A stretch of DNA of 64,000 nucleotides, from the sequence record NC_041937.1; one strand, written 5' to 3'. Numbering within the stretch: position 1 is the first letter of the stretch; each line of letters opens with the position of its first letter. The translations under genes were made by a program, and so were the position numbers. The stretch comes from Escherichia phage V18. Below the pieces are notes generated by a model, which did not search any database, was not told where the DNA came from, and saw only the letters and a list, made by a program, of their open reading frames with translations. This document shows, piece after piece, positions 1-10,059 of this stretch.

Positions 1-31
1 AAAAGCCCCCGCCGAAGCGAGGGCAAAACAG

Positions 32-1064
32 TTACTTCAGTTTCTCTTGCAACCCAGTAACAACCTCTGTCAATTTTTTAACCTGCTCCTCAAGGGCGGT
101 TATTTTATCATCCTGCTCCCTGCAAACCTGGACAAGCAAGCCTGTTACAGCTGCGTAATCCACGCTGTAGAATCTTTCCTCTGTTATCAAAGGAGTTCCA
201 TCTTGATCAGGGTTTGGGATTTCCTTTCTTTGCACGAAAGAGCTAACTGCTTCCGGCAGCGCTTCAAGCACCTCTTGTGCTATAACACCTGCATAAGGCA
301 TACCATTCTCTTTCAAGGTGTAGGTATAACCCTTCATCTTACGGATAGCTTCTAACGCATCAGGAATAACAACTATGTTATCTTTCAGGTCTCTGTCAGA
401 ACTCTGATTGACAGATGTGCAATTCACAGCACCGTTTACAGAAAGATATCTTGATTTATCCGGCAAGGTACCGCAATGCCATACATAAGCTGATTGAGAC
501 TCGTCAAGAACCTTAAACTCTAGCACGTTTGGACGAGTCCCTGCACTGCCGTTGCCCCAATAATGCTGCCATCTGGAAAGCGTAGTTTCCAGAAAATGCC
601 ACAGACAACCCGCCAACAACCATTGAACCTTCAGGTCCGTTGACGTTGCCAGCCAGTATTTTGGATGGGTTGTTAGGCCCAAACTGGTTGTTCCAGTCTG
701 CACCAGTATGACATACAAAACCACCCGGTGCTGAGAAAGTGCCATCTTTGTTGAAGTTGTAGAATCTATGAGCTGTGCCTACAACATCGCGAACGATAAC
801 TTGACCAGCTTCCGGAGTAGATCTGAACTCTGCCTGGCCTTGCAGTCTTGCACCATTACCACATTTAGAGGTAAAGGTGTTGTTGATCAGATCCTCTGTT
901 CCTTCTGATGCAGCTTGGAACCCTGCGTTAGAGAACAGTGCTTTTCTAGTGGTCTGACTACCAGGACAAATGTAGTCAATACCGTCTGCCCAAAGCTCGA
1001 CTTTAGGCATGTTCATTTTGCTCATCACTGCATAGCGTTCAGGAGTCCCCAGGTAGTGCCACAT
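32..1064 (-). CDS. distal tail fibre protein with C-terminal intramolecular chaperone-like domain; reading frame changes near 540-560 (ORFs 513-1064 and 32-745)
   Basis: C-terminal SDRDLKDNIVVIPDALEAIRKMKGY followed by coiled coil resembles the self-cleaving chaperone domain of tail fibres/endosialidases; two overlapping ORFs in different frames. Confidence 0.5.
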
Positions 1065-1163
1065 AGTTCCACCACCAGTGTAGAAACCTGATGTTCCTTT
1101 GAACTCAACCAGAGGTCTGGTGTTTGTTACATCATCACCTTTGATTGCAAGACTTGGAAAGAA

Positions 1164-2963
1164 TCACCTCTGTCTGTCCAGCCACCAGTTCTGTAGTGAC
1201 ACTGTAGTGTAGCACAGTTCATTGGGTCCCCCTACAGTCCTGGCACTGGTACCACCACAAGCTATCGGTAGTGGTTCCCATTTGGCTTTCCGGTTGTTAT
1301 AAACACCCCATTCCAAACTGCCGTTACCGGATTCGTCCATCCCGCCATCCCAGATGACCATCTTGGCGGCTTTCTTAGATCCCCAGAAACCTCTTTCTGC
1401 TCCTGAACTGCGGATCCATTCTCCAAGTCCCCAGTTTGCCAGCTGACCGTTCAGATCACCAACCTGCATATATTTAGGACAATCTAAGACCCCATCCTCA
1501 CGGAAGCCTAAATATCTATGAGTTTCAGATCCTTTTGCGCCTTTGTGCAGGTGGATTGTCAACCAAGCCTTATTGTCGTTTCTTACCTCAGAGTAGATCC
1601 TATACCCATGCTCAAGGACACCGTCAGCGCTGTATTTGTCCCCGTTAACAATACCTGATGCTGACTTAACATCAGCAGAACTTTGAGACAGGTAAAGGTG
1701 CCCAAAGGTAGGGGAGTTTCTAGACCCGAGACCGATGTGTGCTCTAAAGGTATCATCGTTACGAGGTCTGACCATCGGCTGCCATGCAGTCCACTGATTT
1801 GTGTTGGCCTGGTAGGTTCTCAAATACCAAACATCTACGTTAGAGAATGGATAGTATTCCTGACGACAACCTGTACCGCCGTTAGCATTGTTCTGCCAAA
1901 CAATCAAGTGACCAGCACCAGAACCTGCAGGGTAACCATTTGCCTCAGTTGCATAGGCAGTCATCGGCTGGTAGTACACACCATCCTGATTACCAGTTAA
2001 GTTATTGATATTGAAATTTGGCTCAAGGGCTGCACGTTGCTTATAGAAAGCCCCCAAGTTAATGCGTGAACCTGCGGCATCCCTGGCACCTGTGCCGCCT
2101 TGCTCTATAGCAAGAGGTTGCCACGAAGCTGTTTGTTGGTTCCACATACCCCAACGGCCTGTTGCATCAAGCTGCAAGTACCCTGCTGTGTTTAAATCAT
2201 CTCCAGCACGGATAACTGTTCTTGTTGGGTTGTTTGCCTCTAGGCGTTTAAATTCATCACGAAGTGCTATTCTTTTTGTTGTTGCTACACCGTTGGTTAC
2301 TGCAATGGTATACATGGCTCCGGTGGTAGCGCCACGGAAAATACCATCAACAGTTGTAGTATCACGACGAGATACCACACCATTCAGAAATTTTTCACCA
2401 GCTGCTACAGAAGGGTAGTTGGTAGTTCTTCCCTCTTCAATAACTGCAGGGCCAACAAAGTTATCAAGGTGAATAACATCGCCTACAGTGTGCACTGTAC
2501 CAAAATCTACACGCTGTGCAAGGGCTTTAGCATCGTTAGCTGTCTGAACAGTAACATCCATTACATCCTGGACAGACTGCCCTTCGGCTGTCATAATCAT
2601 AGATGCGCCAATGGTAGATTCCAGCTCCTCCCTTAAGGACGGATCTGTATATACCATCCATGCAGCGTCAGTAATCCCACCATCGGAGTACGGTGAAGAT
2701 AGTGCAGGGACAGTGTGTGGAAATTCGCCTTTCCAACGCAGGTAGAGGTCTTCCTCTTCGAAGTAGGCAAAATCCATTGGGCCGTTTAACTTACCACCTT
2801 CCTTAAAGGAGATTACATGAGAAACAGTCCCATCCACATGGACAACATCGCCAATTTTTACACGACGAGTCAGGTCTGGTTGTTGAACAACCAGGTAATC
2901 ATCCTCTGTCACTGCGGTAGTGGCAGGAAGAGATTCAATTCTGACAACTTTAATATCAGCCAT
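1164..2963 (-). CDS. tail fibre protein
   Basis: 599 aa; N-terminus DDYLVVQQPDLTRRVKIGDVV shared with ORF 5598-6266; GGTGA(R) ... NLG fibre motifs (QGGTGARDAAGSRINLGA, ACGGTSAR). Confidence 0.7.
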   Translation of the reverse strand: MADIKVVRIESLPATTAVTEDDYLVVQQPDLTRRVKIGDVVHVDGTVSHVISFKEGGKLNGPMDFAYFEEEDLYLRWKGEFPHTVPALSSPYSDGGITDAAWMVYTDPSLREELESTIGASMIMTAEGQSVQDVMDVTVQTANDAKALAQRVDFGTVHTVGDVIHLDNFVGPAVIEEGRTTNYPSVAAGEKFLNGVVSRRDTTTVDGIFRGATTGAMYTIAVTNGVATTKRIALRDEFKRLEANNPTRTVIRAGDDLNTAGYLQLDATGRWGMWNQQTASWQPLAIEQGGTGARDAAGSRINLGAFYKQRAALEPNFNINNLTGNQDGVYYQPMTAYATEANGYPAGSGAGHLIVWQNNANGGTGCRQEYYPFSNVDVWYLRTYQANTNQWTAWQPMVRPRNDDTFRAHIGLGSRNSPTFGHLYLSQSSADVKSASGIVNGDKYSADGVLEHGYRIYSEVRNDNKAWLTIHLHKGAKGSETHRYLGFREDGVLDCPKYMQVGDLNGQLANWGLGEWIRSSGAERGFWGSKKAAKMVIWDGGMDESGNGSLEWGVYNNRKAKWEPLPIACGGTSARTVGGPNELCYTTVSLQNWWLDRQR

Positions 2964-2998
2964 TCTTTCTCCTGAAAGGGGGCAAACAGCCCCCTATG

Positions 2999-5596
2999 TT
3001 AAAGGTACAATCCACGGTATTGAGCATAAAGGCCTAGACCGCGAAGGATTTCGCCAGAGTGATAGCCAACCGGGTCAGAAACTGCCCAGCAGCCGTTTAA
3101 AATATTATCCCCATTAATGAAGTGGTGCTTTTGCAGTAGCTTCACACAGGCTTCCACAACAATATCTATTTGAGGTATTGTCTCTGAATACCCGCAAAGA
3201 CCTAGCCAGCAGCAACCTGCAAGCCATTCACCTACCACCCACATCCTGTCTCCTCTGTCCTGATAAGAATATCCCCCAGAGGTGTTAAAGTCTGTAGGCA
3301 GATTTCCTGAATGAGATGACTGGAATCTGTTGAGGAACCATGCCCATTTCTGGCAGAACAGGAATAGTCTTTCATCAACAGGTTCTTTATGTTTCTTGAG
3401 CTCATATATTGTGCGGCACGCAGCAACAAAAGATCTTGACTGGAGCTTAGAGTTATCTACCATCTCCCACCAACCAGTCAACCCTTCATTACCTCTTTGC
3501 CATACATAACGTGAGGCAACTGGACCCTCTGTCTTAAATGTATTATTATACCAGACTTGAGCGTCATACAGAAAGCCTATTGTATTTGACAATCTATGGC
3601 GATCTATGTTTTCTGCACCCATGCAGTAGACTGCTGGGTATTGCATGCCAGGGTAGGGCCAATTTGGCTTTTCCTCTAAGAGATAGTTTTCCTTATCTAT
3701 CATCTTTCCGGCAGGGAACACACCCGGTGTGTGCCTGTATGCACCTTGCTTGTAGTTTCTGACATAGCAATCTCCAACCTTAGCGGTTGATTCTGTCTTG
3801 CTTGCCATCCATACACTAAACCAGATTAGATAAGCATCCCTATCTGCAATATAGAATTGCGGCAGCGTGTTGACGCAATATAGATCAAACAAGCCATTAC
3901 CTATCTGCCTGTCGCTTAGGCTGAAATCTACAGAGGTGAGCCCCTTAGGATTAGCAAAGAAAGGTTTAATCTCTTCTTCGGTGTGGTGAGGTTGTGTCGG
4001 ATCTAGTTTGAAATCTCCTAGAGTAAGAGTTTCTGTTATCCATTGTCCATTAGTGGCATATAGATCAGCATACCATAACCACCTGTCTTTGTCAAGAAAT
4101 TTGACCCTTACCATCTCATCATCTGATCGATAAGTTACTGAGTTTAAAGAAACCTCTCTTCCAAAATTGAAAGTTACTTTACCTCTTGCTATATTACAAC
4201 GGGTGAAGTTGTCAGAGTGGTTGTAAATGTCGGTATCATACTGCATACTGACACTAGCGCCACCGCTCACGGCAATGTTTTCCTCTTTAGGTAAGAGATA
4301 CGGATTACCGTCTTTACCAACCACCTCTACAAAATCAGTAACCTTGGCAACTGTTTCTGTTACCTCTGCCCCTCCAAAAGGGACACCTATTCTGTACTGT
4401 TTTTTGTTATTGTTACCATCATTAAGGATGAAATGTGGTTGGAACAGAACCCCTTCTCCTCCGAAATTCATAACAATTTCAGCATCTCTGCCTATTTTGT
4501 ATGTAGTCCCTTTTTGGATTATTTCGCAAGGCTGGCGTGCGTTCATTCTAAAATTGATATATCCGTCACTATCCCTACTCATGACAGGTACTGTTCCTGC
4601 AACTAGACAAGTGCCATCTGTGAACGGGGCCTTAATCAACGTGGTCTTTCTGAACAGCTTGTCGTAGGCATTTATATCACTAAAATTAAGCAACTTATTG
4701 TAAGACTGCTTAAACGCGGTGTAATACTTTTCCTCACCTGTCAAGGTATAGAGTTGATAGCAAGCGTCACACCACATCTCTTCCCCGTCTAACTCTGTGG
4801 CTTGATTGTCTGCAACCACATTTATAGGATTTACAATTACAGGGGATCCAGCAGGTATCACCGATCCACCCTGCTCTTGTGGCAATCTCACACAGTAGGT
4901 CACCTTGTGGCTGCCTGTAACACCCTTATCCTGCAGTTGGATTGTGCCGAACTCTGCAGACGTATGACCACTATCGGCTATGCTACCGTTGGCCCAATAG
5001 CGGTTACCATCCCATGCTATATACCACTCAACCCACCAACTTAACCCGGATGTTGTCCAATCTGGGTTAGCATCTGTGCCACCGTAAACATCAGAGTCTA
5101 CAGTGTTTCTTCCTAATACACCGTTATATGCTTGAAATGCCTTGTCCAGGTATTCCCCCCATGTCGGAGATCCAGCTGGGATTTTTCCTCTACCATTGGT
5201 AAAAGATACCACCACATCTTTAAACCCACCATGTGATGGAACCCCATCTGTGGATAGAGGGTAGTGGGACAATCTTTGCATTTTACTTTCTACTGCATAT
5301 GCACCCAAAAGATGACTATTGTAAGCTTCCCAAGCATCTTTTGCCCTATCCAAGTAGAAATCGCTTTTCGATGCCCTGTATGCTTCAATGTACCCCAGAA
5401 TCAACACAGCTTGGGACTCATGCATTGCCCAATCATTATTTATCTTATTACCTGCCCACCCTGCAGCTATAAGACCATCAGGGTTTACTAGCTTATTTTG
5501 TGTGGGAGTGTTGGTAATACCTGTGTTGTTATCGAGGCACTTCCTGTGCCCCTCAATCATCTGAAATACGTTATCAATGTTGTGTTGAATACGCAT
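2999..5596 (-). CDS. putative tailspike / receptor-binding protein with possible polysaccharide-degrading domain
   Basis: 865 aa immediately downstream of a fibre-anchor ORF (stop and start 1 nt apart); N- and C-terminal regions look like alpha/alpha-barrel glycosidase folds; function unverified. Confidence 0.45.
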   Translation of the reverse strand: MRIQHNIDNVFQMIEGHRKCLDNNTGITNTPTQNKLVNPDGLIAAGWAGNKINNDWAMHESQAVLILGYIEAYRASKSDFYLDRAKDAWEAYNSHLLGAYAVESKMQRLSHYPLSTDGVPSHGGFKDVVVSFTNGRGKIPAGSPTWGEYLDKAFQAYNGVLGRNTVDSDVYGGTDANPDWTTSGLSWWVEWYIAWDGNRYWANGSIADSGHTSAEFGTIQLQDKGVTGSHKVTYCVRLPQEQGGSVIPAGSPVIVNPINVVADNQATELDGEEMWCDACYQLYTLTGEEKYYTAFKQSYNKLLNFSDINAYDKLFRKTTLIKAPFTDGTCLVAGTVPVMSRDSDGYINFRMNARQPCEIIQKGTTYKIGRDAEIVMNFGGEGVLFQPHFILNDGNNNKKQYRIGVPFGGAEVTETVAKVTDFVEVVGKDGNPYLLPKEENIAVSGGASVSMQYDTDIYNHSDNFTRCNIARGKVTFNFGREVSLNSVTYRSDDEMVRVKFLDKDRWLWYADLYATNGQWITETLTLGDFKLDPTQPHHTEEEIKPFFANPKGLTSVDFSLSDRQIGNGLFDLYCVNTLPQFYIADRDAYLIWFSVWMASKTESTAKVGDCYVRNYKQGAYRHTPGVFPAGKMIDKENYLLEEKPNWPYPGMQYPAVYCMGAENIDRHRLSNTIGFLYDAQVWYNNTFKTEGPVASRYVWQRGNEGLTGWWEMVDNSKLQSRSFVAACRTIYELKKHKEPVDERLFLFCQKWAWFLNRFQSSHSGNLPTDFNTSGGYSYQDRGDRMWVVGEWLAGCCWLGLCGYSETIPQIDIVVEACVKLLQKHHFINGDNILNGCWAVSDPVGYHSGEILRGLGLYAQYRGLYL

Positions 5597-5597
5597 C

Positions 5598-6266
5598 TTA
5601 GATAGCTCCTGCGATAATCAGTGCCCCGTACCAAGTTAACCCGTTGTCGTAGGTTTCCAACTTGAAAATATCTGTTGCACCAGCTGTAAATGTTAGGATA
5701 GGATCTCTTCCGTAGGACCATTTAACATTATCAGGCCAATAGACTTTGTTGCCGCCAGAGGTCTGAGTAATGCATACGGTTATAGTTCTCGCCACCCCTT
5801 CAAGACCTTCTGCTTGATTTTCAAAAGAGATTGTGGTATTTGAAGTTAGTCGAACCTTAAAGGTATCCGCAACTTCAAGATCCATATCAAGCTGACCACC
5901 GATAGATCCGTAATCAACTATTCTGCCAGAAGAAGTTGCAGCAAGCTCACCAAAAACAGACCAGGCATTTGCAGACACACCCCCAGCACCCTCTACAGTG
6001 GAGTCTGGGAGGATTATTTTAGGATAATCCCCGTTCCACGTGTAGTAGCGCTTAGTCTCTGGGTCATAAGCAAAGTCCTTCTTGCTCTTAAGATAACCAC
6101 CCTCTGTGAAATAGACTATCTTAGTGATACTAAGATCGTTGACAACATCGTCAATCTTAGCCTTTCTTGTCCCATCAGTCTGGTTGACAACCAAGAAGTC
6201 ATCACTCAGGACTGTTTCTGCATCTTCAAGATCTGGAATTGGTATTGTAGGATAAGCTACAGCCAT
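5598..6266 (-). CDS. tail fibre/tailspike N-terminal anchor-domain protein
   Basis: 222 aa; N-terminus DDFLVVNQTDGTRKAKIDDVV ... FTEGGYL ... DFAY is paralogous to the N-terminus of ORF 1164-2963. Confidence 0.55.
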   Translation of the reverse strand: MAVAYPTIPIPDLEDAETVLSDDFLVVNQTDGTRKAKIDDVVNDLSITKIVYFTEGGYLKSKKDFAYDPETKRYYTWNGDYPKIILPDSTVEGAGGVSANAWSVFGELAATSSGRIVDYGSIGGQLDMDLEVADTFKVRLTSNTTISFENQAEGLEGVARTITVCITQTSGGNKVYWPDNVKWSYGRDPILTFTAGATDIFKLETYDNGLTWYGALIIAGAI

Positions 6267-6275
6267 GATTTCTCC

Positions 6276-6992
6276 TTAGTTAACATCAATAGCACGACCA
6301 GACTGGTTGGCAATAGCCTCATCGTTGGAGGTAGCAATAACACCAGAGTATTCGCGCTCATCTGGAGCAAGCGTCCAGGTATTGCGGTTAATGGTTTGTT
6401 CTGCCTCAGTCATCAGCAGATCTTTATCCTGAGTCAACAGAGAGCCTACAGGGATCGGGTTTTCCATCTCAGGACCAGCATACTGGTTCCACCATGTGGC
6501 ATCTCCGGTTCTAGGCAATCTGAAGTTGATCAGATAGTACAGTTTATTAGCCCACTTAATCCAACCCTCATCATCACAAAGAGAGGTTGTCCCAGAATCA
6601 GGTTGTGGGTAGGTGAACTGATCAAGACCTACGAAAGCCAGTCTTACAATCTCGTTCTCTTTGGTAACAACCTCAAAGAACGCTTGGTATGTTCTCGATC
6701 TTCGATCCATGGTGGACTGGAAGTTTATGATGTTTAGCACATCCGGCTCTTGTCTTGCCACTTCCATGATCTTGTTATCAAGAACAGTCTTCATGACCTT
6801 CTTACTGAGAAAGTCCATATAAGGGAAGCCAAACAGCTCGTCGAAGTACCAGCTCCCCTTCCACGTATTAAACCTCATCCACAAGCGCTGGCGCAGACTT
6901 ACCTGGTTTGAATCTATCAACTCAAGACCTTTGTCTATCGCCAAATCGCCTGTCTGTGGGTCCATCAATATATCACTATAAAGCGTAGCCAT
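6276..6992 (-). CDS. putative baseplate protein
   Basis: 238 aa ORF in baseplate block between spike-like gene and fibre genes; position only. Confidence 0.4.
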   Translation of the reverse strand: MATLYSDILMDPQTGDLAIDKGLELIDSNQVSLRQRLWMRFNTWKGSWYFDELFGFPYMDFLSKKVMKTVLDNKIMEVARQEPDVLNIINFQSTMDRRSRTYQAFFEVVTKENEIVRLAFVGLDQFTYPQPDSGTTSLCDDEGWIKWANKLYYLINFRLPRTGDATWWNQYAGPEMENPIPVGSLLTQDKDLLMTEAEQTINRNTWTLAPDEREYSGVIATSNDEAIANQSGRAIDVN

Positions 6993-7004
6993 GAAAGCCC
7001 TCTA

Positions 7005-7682
7005 TTAGTGTGGTCCACTTGTCTCGCCATCAGGGCAAGAGTGGGTATGACCTTTATATTCTGCATAGAATGAATCCAAATCCACACCAGCAGCAGTTAT
7101 AATTCTACCAGATGGGTCTATTGTGGCACCATTCATTCTGATATTTCCATCCACAGCAGCTCGCAAATTGGCAGCCCCATTAGTGAAAGAAAACTCCCCA
7201 CTGCTGTCGCACCGTAATGTCCCACCAGGTGTTTGAAGCTCAAAATCGCCAGAAGGTGTCAGTTTAAAATAAACCCTATCATTCCATAACTCTACGTTAT
7301 CAGGATCGATCTGTAAAGAGTTTGAGTCTGAATGAACAGAGGTGATTGCCCACCCTGGAAACAGGCCGTGAGTTTGTTGATCGTCGTTATTGTTTTCATT
7401 TCTCTCTGAAAACTGCAATCCTACAACATCTCCGGCCTTAATAGGAAGTGTTAACCTTGCCTTTCCGCTGTTTGCAGACATCACCTGAATTGGAACGTCA
7501 TAGATAAGAGGGTATCTCTCCACATCTCCGTCATCAAACGTGGTTTCAGCTATTGGCTGCACGGCTGCAGAAGGAATACTGTAGTCAACACTGACAACTC
7601 TGGCCCTGATGCTGGTGTGGTAGTCCCTCATTATTTTTTCTATAAAGGATCTTACAGCAGCGTCTTTCCTATTTATTGCCAT
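7005..7682 (-). CDS. putative baseplate central spike (gpV-like)
   Basis: 225 aa; beta-rich repeat region and His-rich C-terminal tip (YKGHTHSCPDGETSGPH) typical of spike tips; GAGGAGG RBS upstream. Confidence 0.5.
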   Translation of the reverse strand: MAINRKDAAVRSFIEKIMRDYHTSIRARVVSVDYSIPSAAVQPIAETTFDDGDVERYPLIYDVPIQVMSANSGKARLTLPIKAGDVVGLQFSERNENNNDDQQTHGLFPGWAITSVHSDSNSLQIDPDNVELWNDRVYFKLTPSGDFELQTPGGTLRCDSSGEFSFTNGAANLRAAVDGNIRMNGATIDPSGRIITAAGVDLDSFYAEYKGHTHSCPDGETSGPH

Positions 7683-7685
7683 TAT

Positions 7686-8679
7686 ACCTCCTCAGTTTTG
7701 TCAACAACTCCACCCACTGTTTCCCCAAGGCCAAGCTCTGTAGTGTAATCACCGCCTTCTATGGTGCCCTTATGATGCACCGTGATCACCTTATAGAAGC
7801 CTGTATATTGCTTGCTTTTAAGATAAATAGTGGACTCTGGGAGGATAGCTCCGTTAAGGCATGTGGTTACAGTAAGACCGACATCCTCTCTCGGGTTTTT
7901 CTTTTTCTTACGTGTGCCACCTTTCGCAGCAGCTTTAGCTTTTCGTTTTTTAGCAGGCTCGGGGTTTTTAGGGTGGGAGATCCGTGCATCCCAGACTCTG
8001 CACTTATTTCAAACACAGAGTCCTTGAACCTTTTTCCAACCTTGGTCCAATACAAAGCCCCATCCTGAACGCTAAATGTGGAGTTGGTCAGTCTTGCAAA
8101 CCTGCGGAGGTTCTCTGCAGTGTTTCCAGAGAAAGCCATAGAGTATTGCAAAGTCTGGTTTCCAAAACCAACAACCCTACCTTTTGGCAAGTTCATATCC
8201 TTCAGTAGGTCATTAAGCACAGAGTTCAGAGGTGTGCCTTTCTGATAAGATCTTGTGCTTTGGCACTTAATGATGTTCTCAGTACCATCCCCGAAGATGA
8301 ACTTAGTTTTTCTGGTCGGACCTTCCCATCTGTCTTCAACAAACTCTACAGTTCCGGAGAATATCAACTGGTTCTCATCATCATAGCCAGCTTCAAACAT
8401 AACTGCAAGGGCATCAGCCTGATGCATATCCAGATAGTTAACTGTATCGTCAGACAGGTTGTAAACTGTCACATAACCTTTGTTTGGCTCTTTGGTATTG
8501 TCCTTTTGTATGTCAAACTCTATATTGGCGGCACCAGTGTCTGAGCTAACTTCATAAACTCCGGAATCACTCTCCCCTTTCTTTTCAACAGATTTTGGGA
8601 TATTGGTTTTTGATTTACCGCCATGCTCTACCGGACGACCAAACAATAATCGCCATGTTCTACGTCTGTACTCTGCCAT
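7686..8679 (-). CDS. putative baseplate/tail protein, apparent frame change near 7930-7990
   Basis: 270 aa ORF 7867-8679 ends in an implausible basic tail; another frame stays open to 7686 and encodes a Lys/Ala-rich linker plus C-terminal domain. Confidence 0.4.
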
Positions 8680-9059
8680 TATTCTAACCCTTGCTGTTCC
8701 TTGTAAAGATCAACCGGGGTGCCGTATACAAGTTGTAGCTCAGATCTCGCCCCAAGGTTATATCTTCCAACCCTACCCCAATATTGATCGTCTTTAAACG
8801 ACAGCGCCATCAGTCTACCTTTCGGTAAATCATCTCTGTAATGCAGTCCGTCTAAAATATCTTGACAAGCTGTTACTTTTCTGGTTACTAAAGGGCTGTC
8901 ACCTACTGGACCAAGAGATAACCACCAGGACTCATCCCTCTCATTCCATTGCATACGCATTTCATACGTTTCATTGTCTAAAACAACACGCATGGTTTGA
9001 TCAGGAAAGCCGTCAATGTCCCACACAAAGGTGATTATGCACCAATCTTTAAGCTCCAT
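8679..9059 (-). CDS. hypothetical tail/baseplate protein
   Basis: 126 aa ORF, start overlaps upstream stop (coupled), in tail block. Confidence 0.4.
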   Translation of the reverse strand: MELKDWCIITFVWDIDGFPDQTMRVVLDNETYEMRMQWNERDESWWLSLGPVGDSPLVTRKVTACQDILDGLHYRDDLPKGRLMALSFKDDQYWGRVGRYNLGARSELQLVYGTPVDLYKEQQGLE

Positions 9060-9071
9060 TATACGCTCCCC

Positions 9072-9983
9072 TTATTTCCCGTTAACTTTGTCGTAGTTTC
9101 CCTGTTCAGATGGGACTATGGTAGAAGGTCTTCCATATTCCTGATAATACCAATCCGCAGCCGATTGGGTAACACCGTTTTCATCTGTCCACATCATAGA
9201 TTTATATGGCTGCCACTCCTCTGCAGCATTTGTGGATGCAGTGTCTGCAAATGCCCCTGTGTCCCTCTTGTTACCTACGTTACTACCATTCTTACAGTCG
9301 TTGACAGCACCTTTTTGTTGGGTCTTGCCTACTTTCTTAGGGTTGCTGTATACGGTTGCATTAACAACCTTGTTCAAGTAGAATGTGCGGAACTCTGTAA
9401 GTTCTACATCAAACACCATTGCAGCACCTTCACCAACAGACTTGCTGGCAGAAAGGCTGGTTATGATGTAGTTCTCAAGAAGTCTCTCCTCGGTAACCAA
9501 AGAAACCAACTGTCGCTTATTAATGATCTCAGTCAAAGCCTCCAGTGCGGCACCTGGTCGCATAGATGCTGCAGGGTTTTTAGAGTCAGTATTCCTATCG
9601 ATGTAGTTTTGCTCATAGATTATATGTGGGGATGTATTTACCCTACCAGTAAAAGAAAATACACCATCTTTAATCACAGCGTGGTCTGACAGGGTAGATT
9701 TATCTTCCACCGCAAACCCCGTCTTATCAACAGAGTGTTTGAAAGAGTAATTCTCAACCTGATCGAAGATAATGGCAAGATCGTTAGTGAAGTTTTTACC
9801 CTTCATCTCTATGTTGCGACCGCCATAGTTAAGACCGCTGACAAACATAGTGTACTTTACATCGCTTTCGGTTTGCTGCTCTGCCTTTTCAGCCTTTGGA
9901 GATTTAACCTCTCGAGGCTTGTACAGGTCTTTTTCATCAACTATGTTACTTTGCATAACCTCTCCAGGACACTCCGATACCAT
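9072..9983 (-). CDS. hypothetical tail protein
   Basis: 303 aa ORF directly downstream of tape measure gene. Confidence 0.4.
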   Translation of the reverse strand: MVSECPGEVMQSNIVDEKDLYKPREVKSPKAEKAEQQTESDVKYTMFVSGLNYGGRNIEMKGKNFTNDLAIIFDQVENYSFKHSVDKTGFAVEDKSTLSDHAVIKDGVFSFTGRVNTSPHIIYEQNYIDRNTDSKNPAASMRPGAALEALTEIINKRQLVSLVTEERLLENYIITSLSASKSVGEGAAMVFDVELTEFRTFYLNKVVNATVYSNPKKVGKTQQKGAVNDCKNGSNVGNKRDTGAFADTASTNAAEEWQPYKSMMWTDENGVTQSAADWYYQEYGRPSTIVPSEQGNYDKVNGK

Positions 9984-10023
9984 TTAAATATTGTATCATA
10001 AAATAGCCGTTTTTACAACACTG

Positions 10024-10048
10024 ATAAAATAAAGGGGGCCAGAGCCCC
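10024..10048 (-). terminator. rho-independent terminator candidate after tape measure gene
   Basis: GGGGC-CAGA-GCCCC hairpin followed by T-run on minus strand. Confidence 0.45.
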
Positions 10049-10059
10049 TGCACAGTTTA

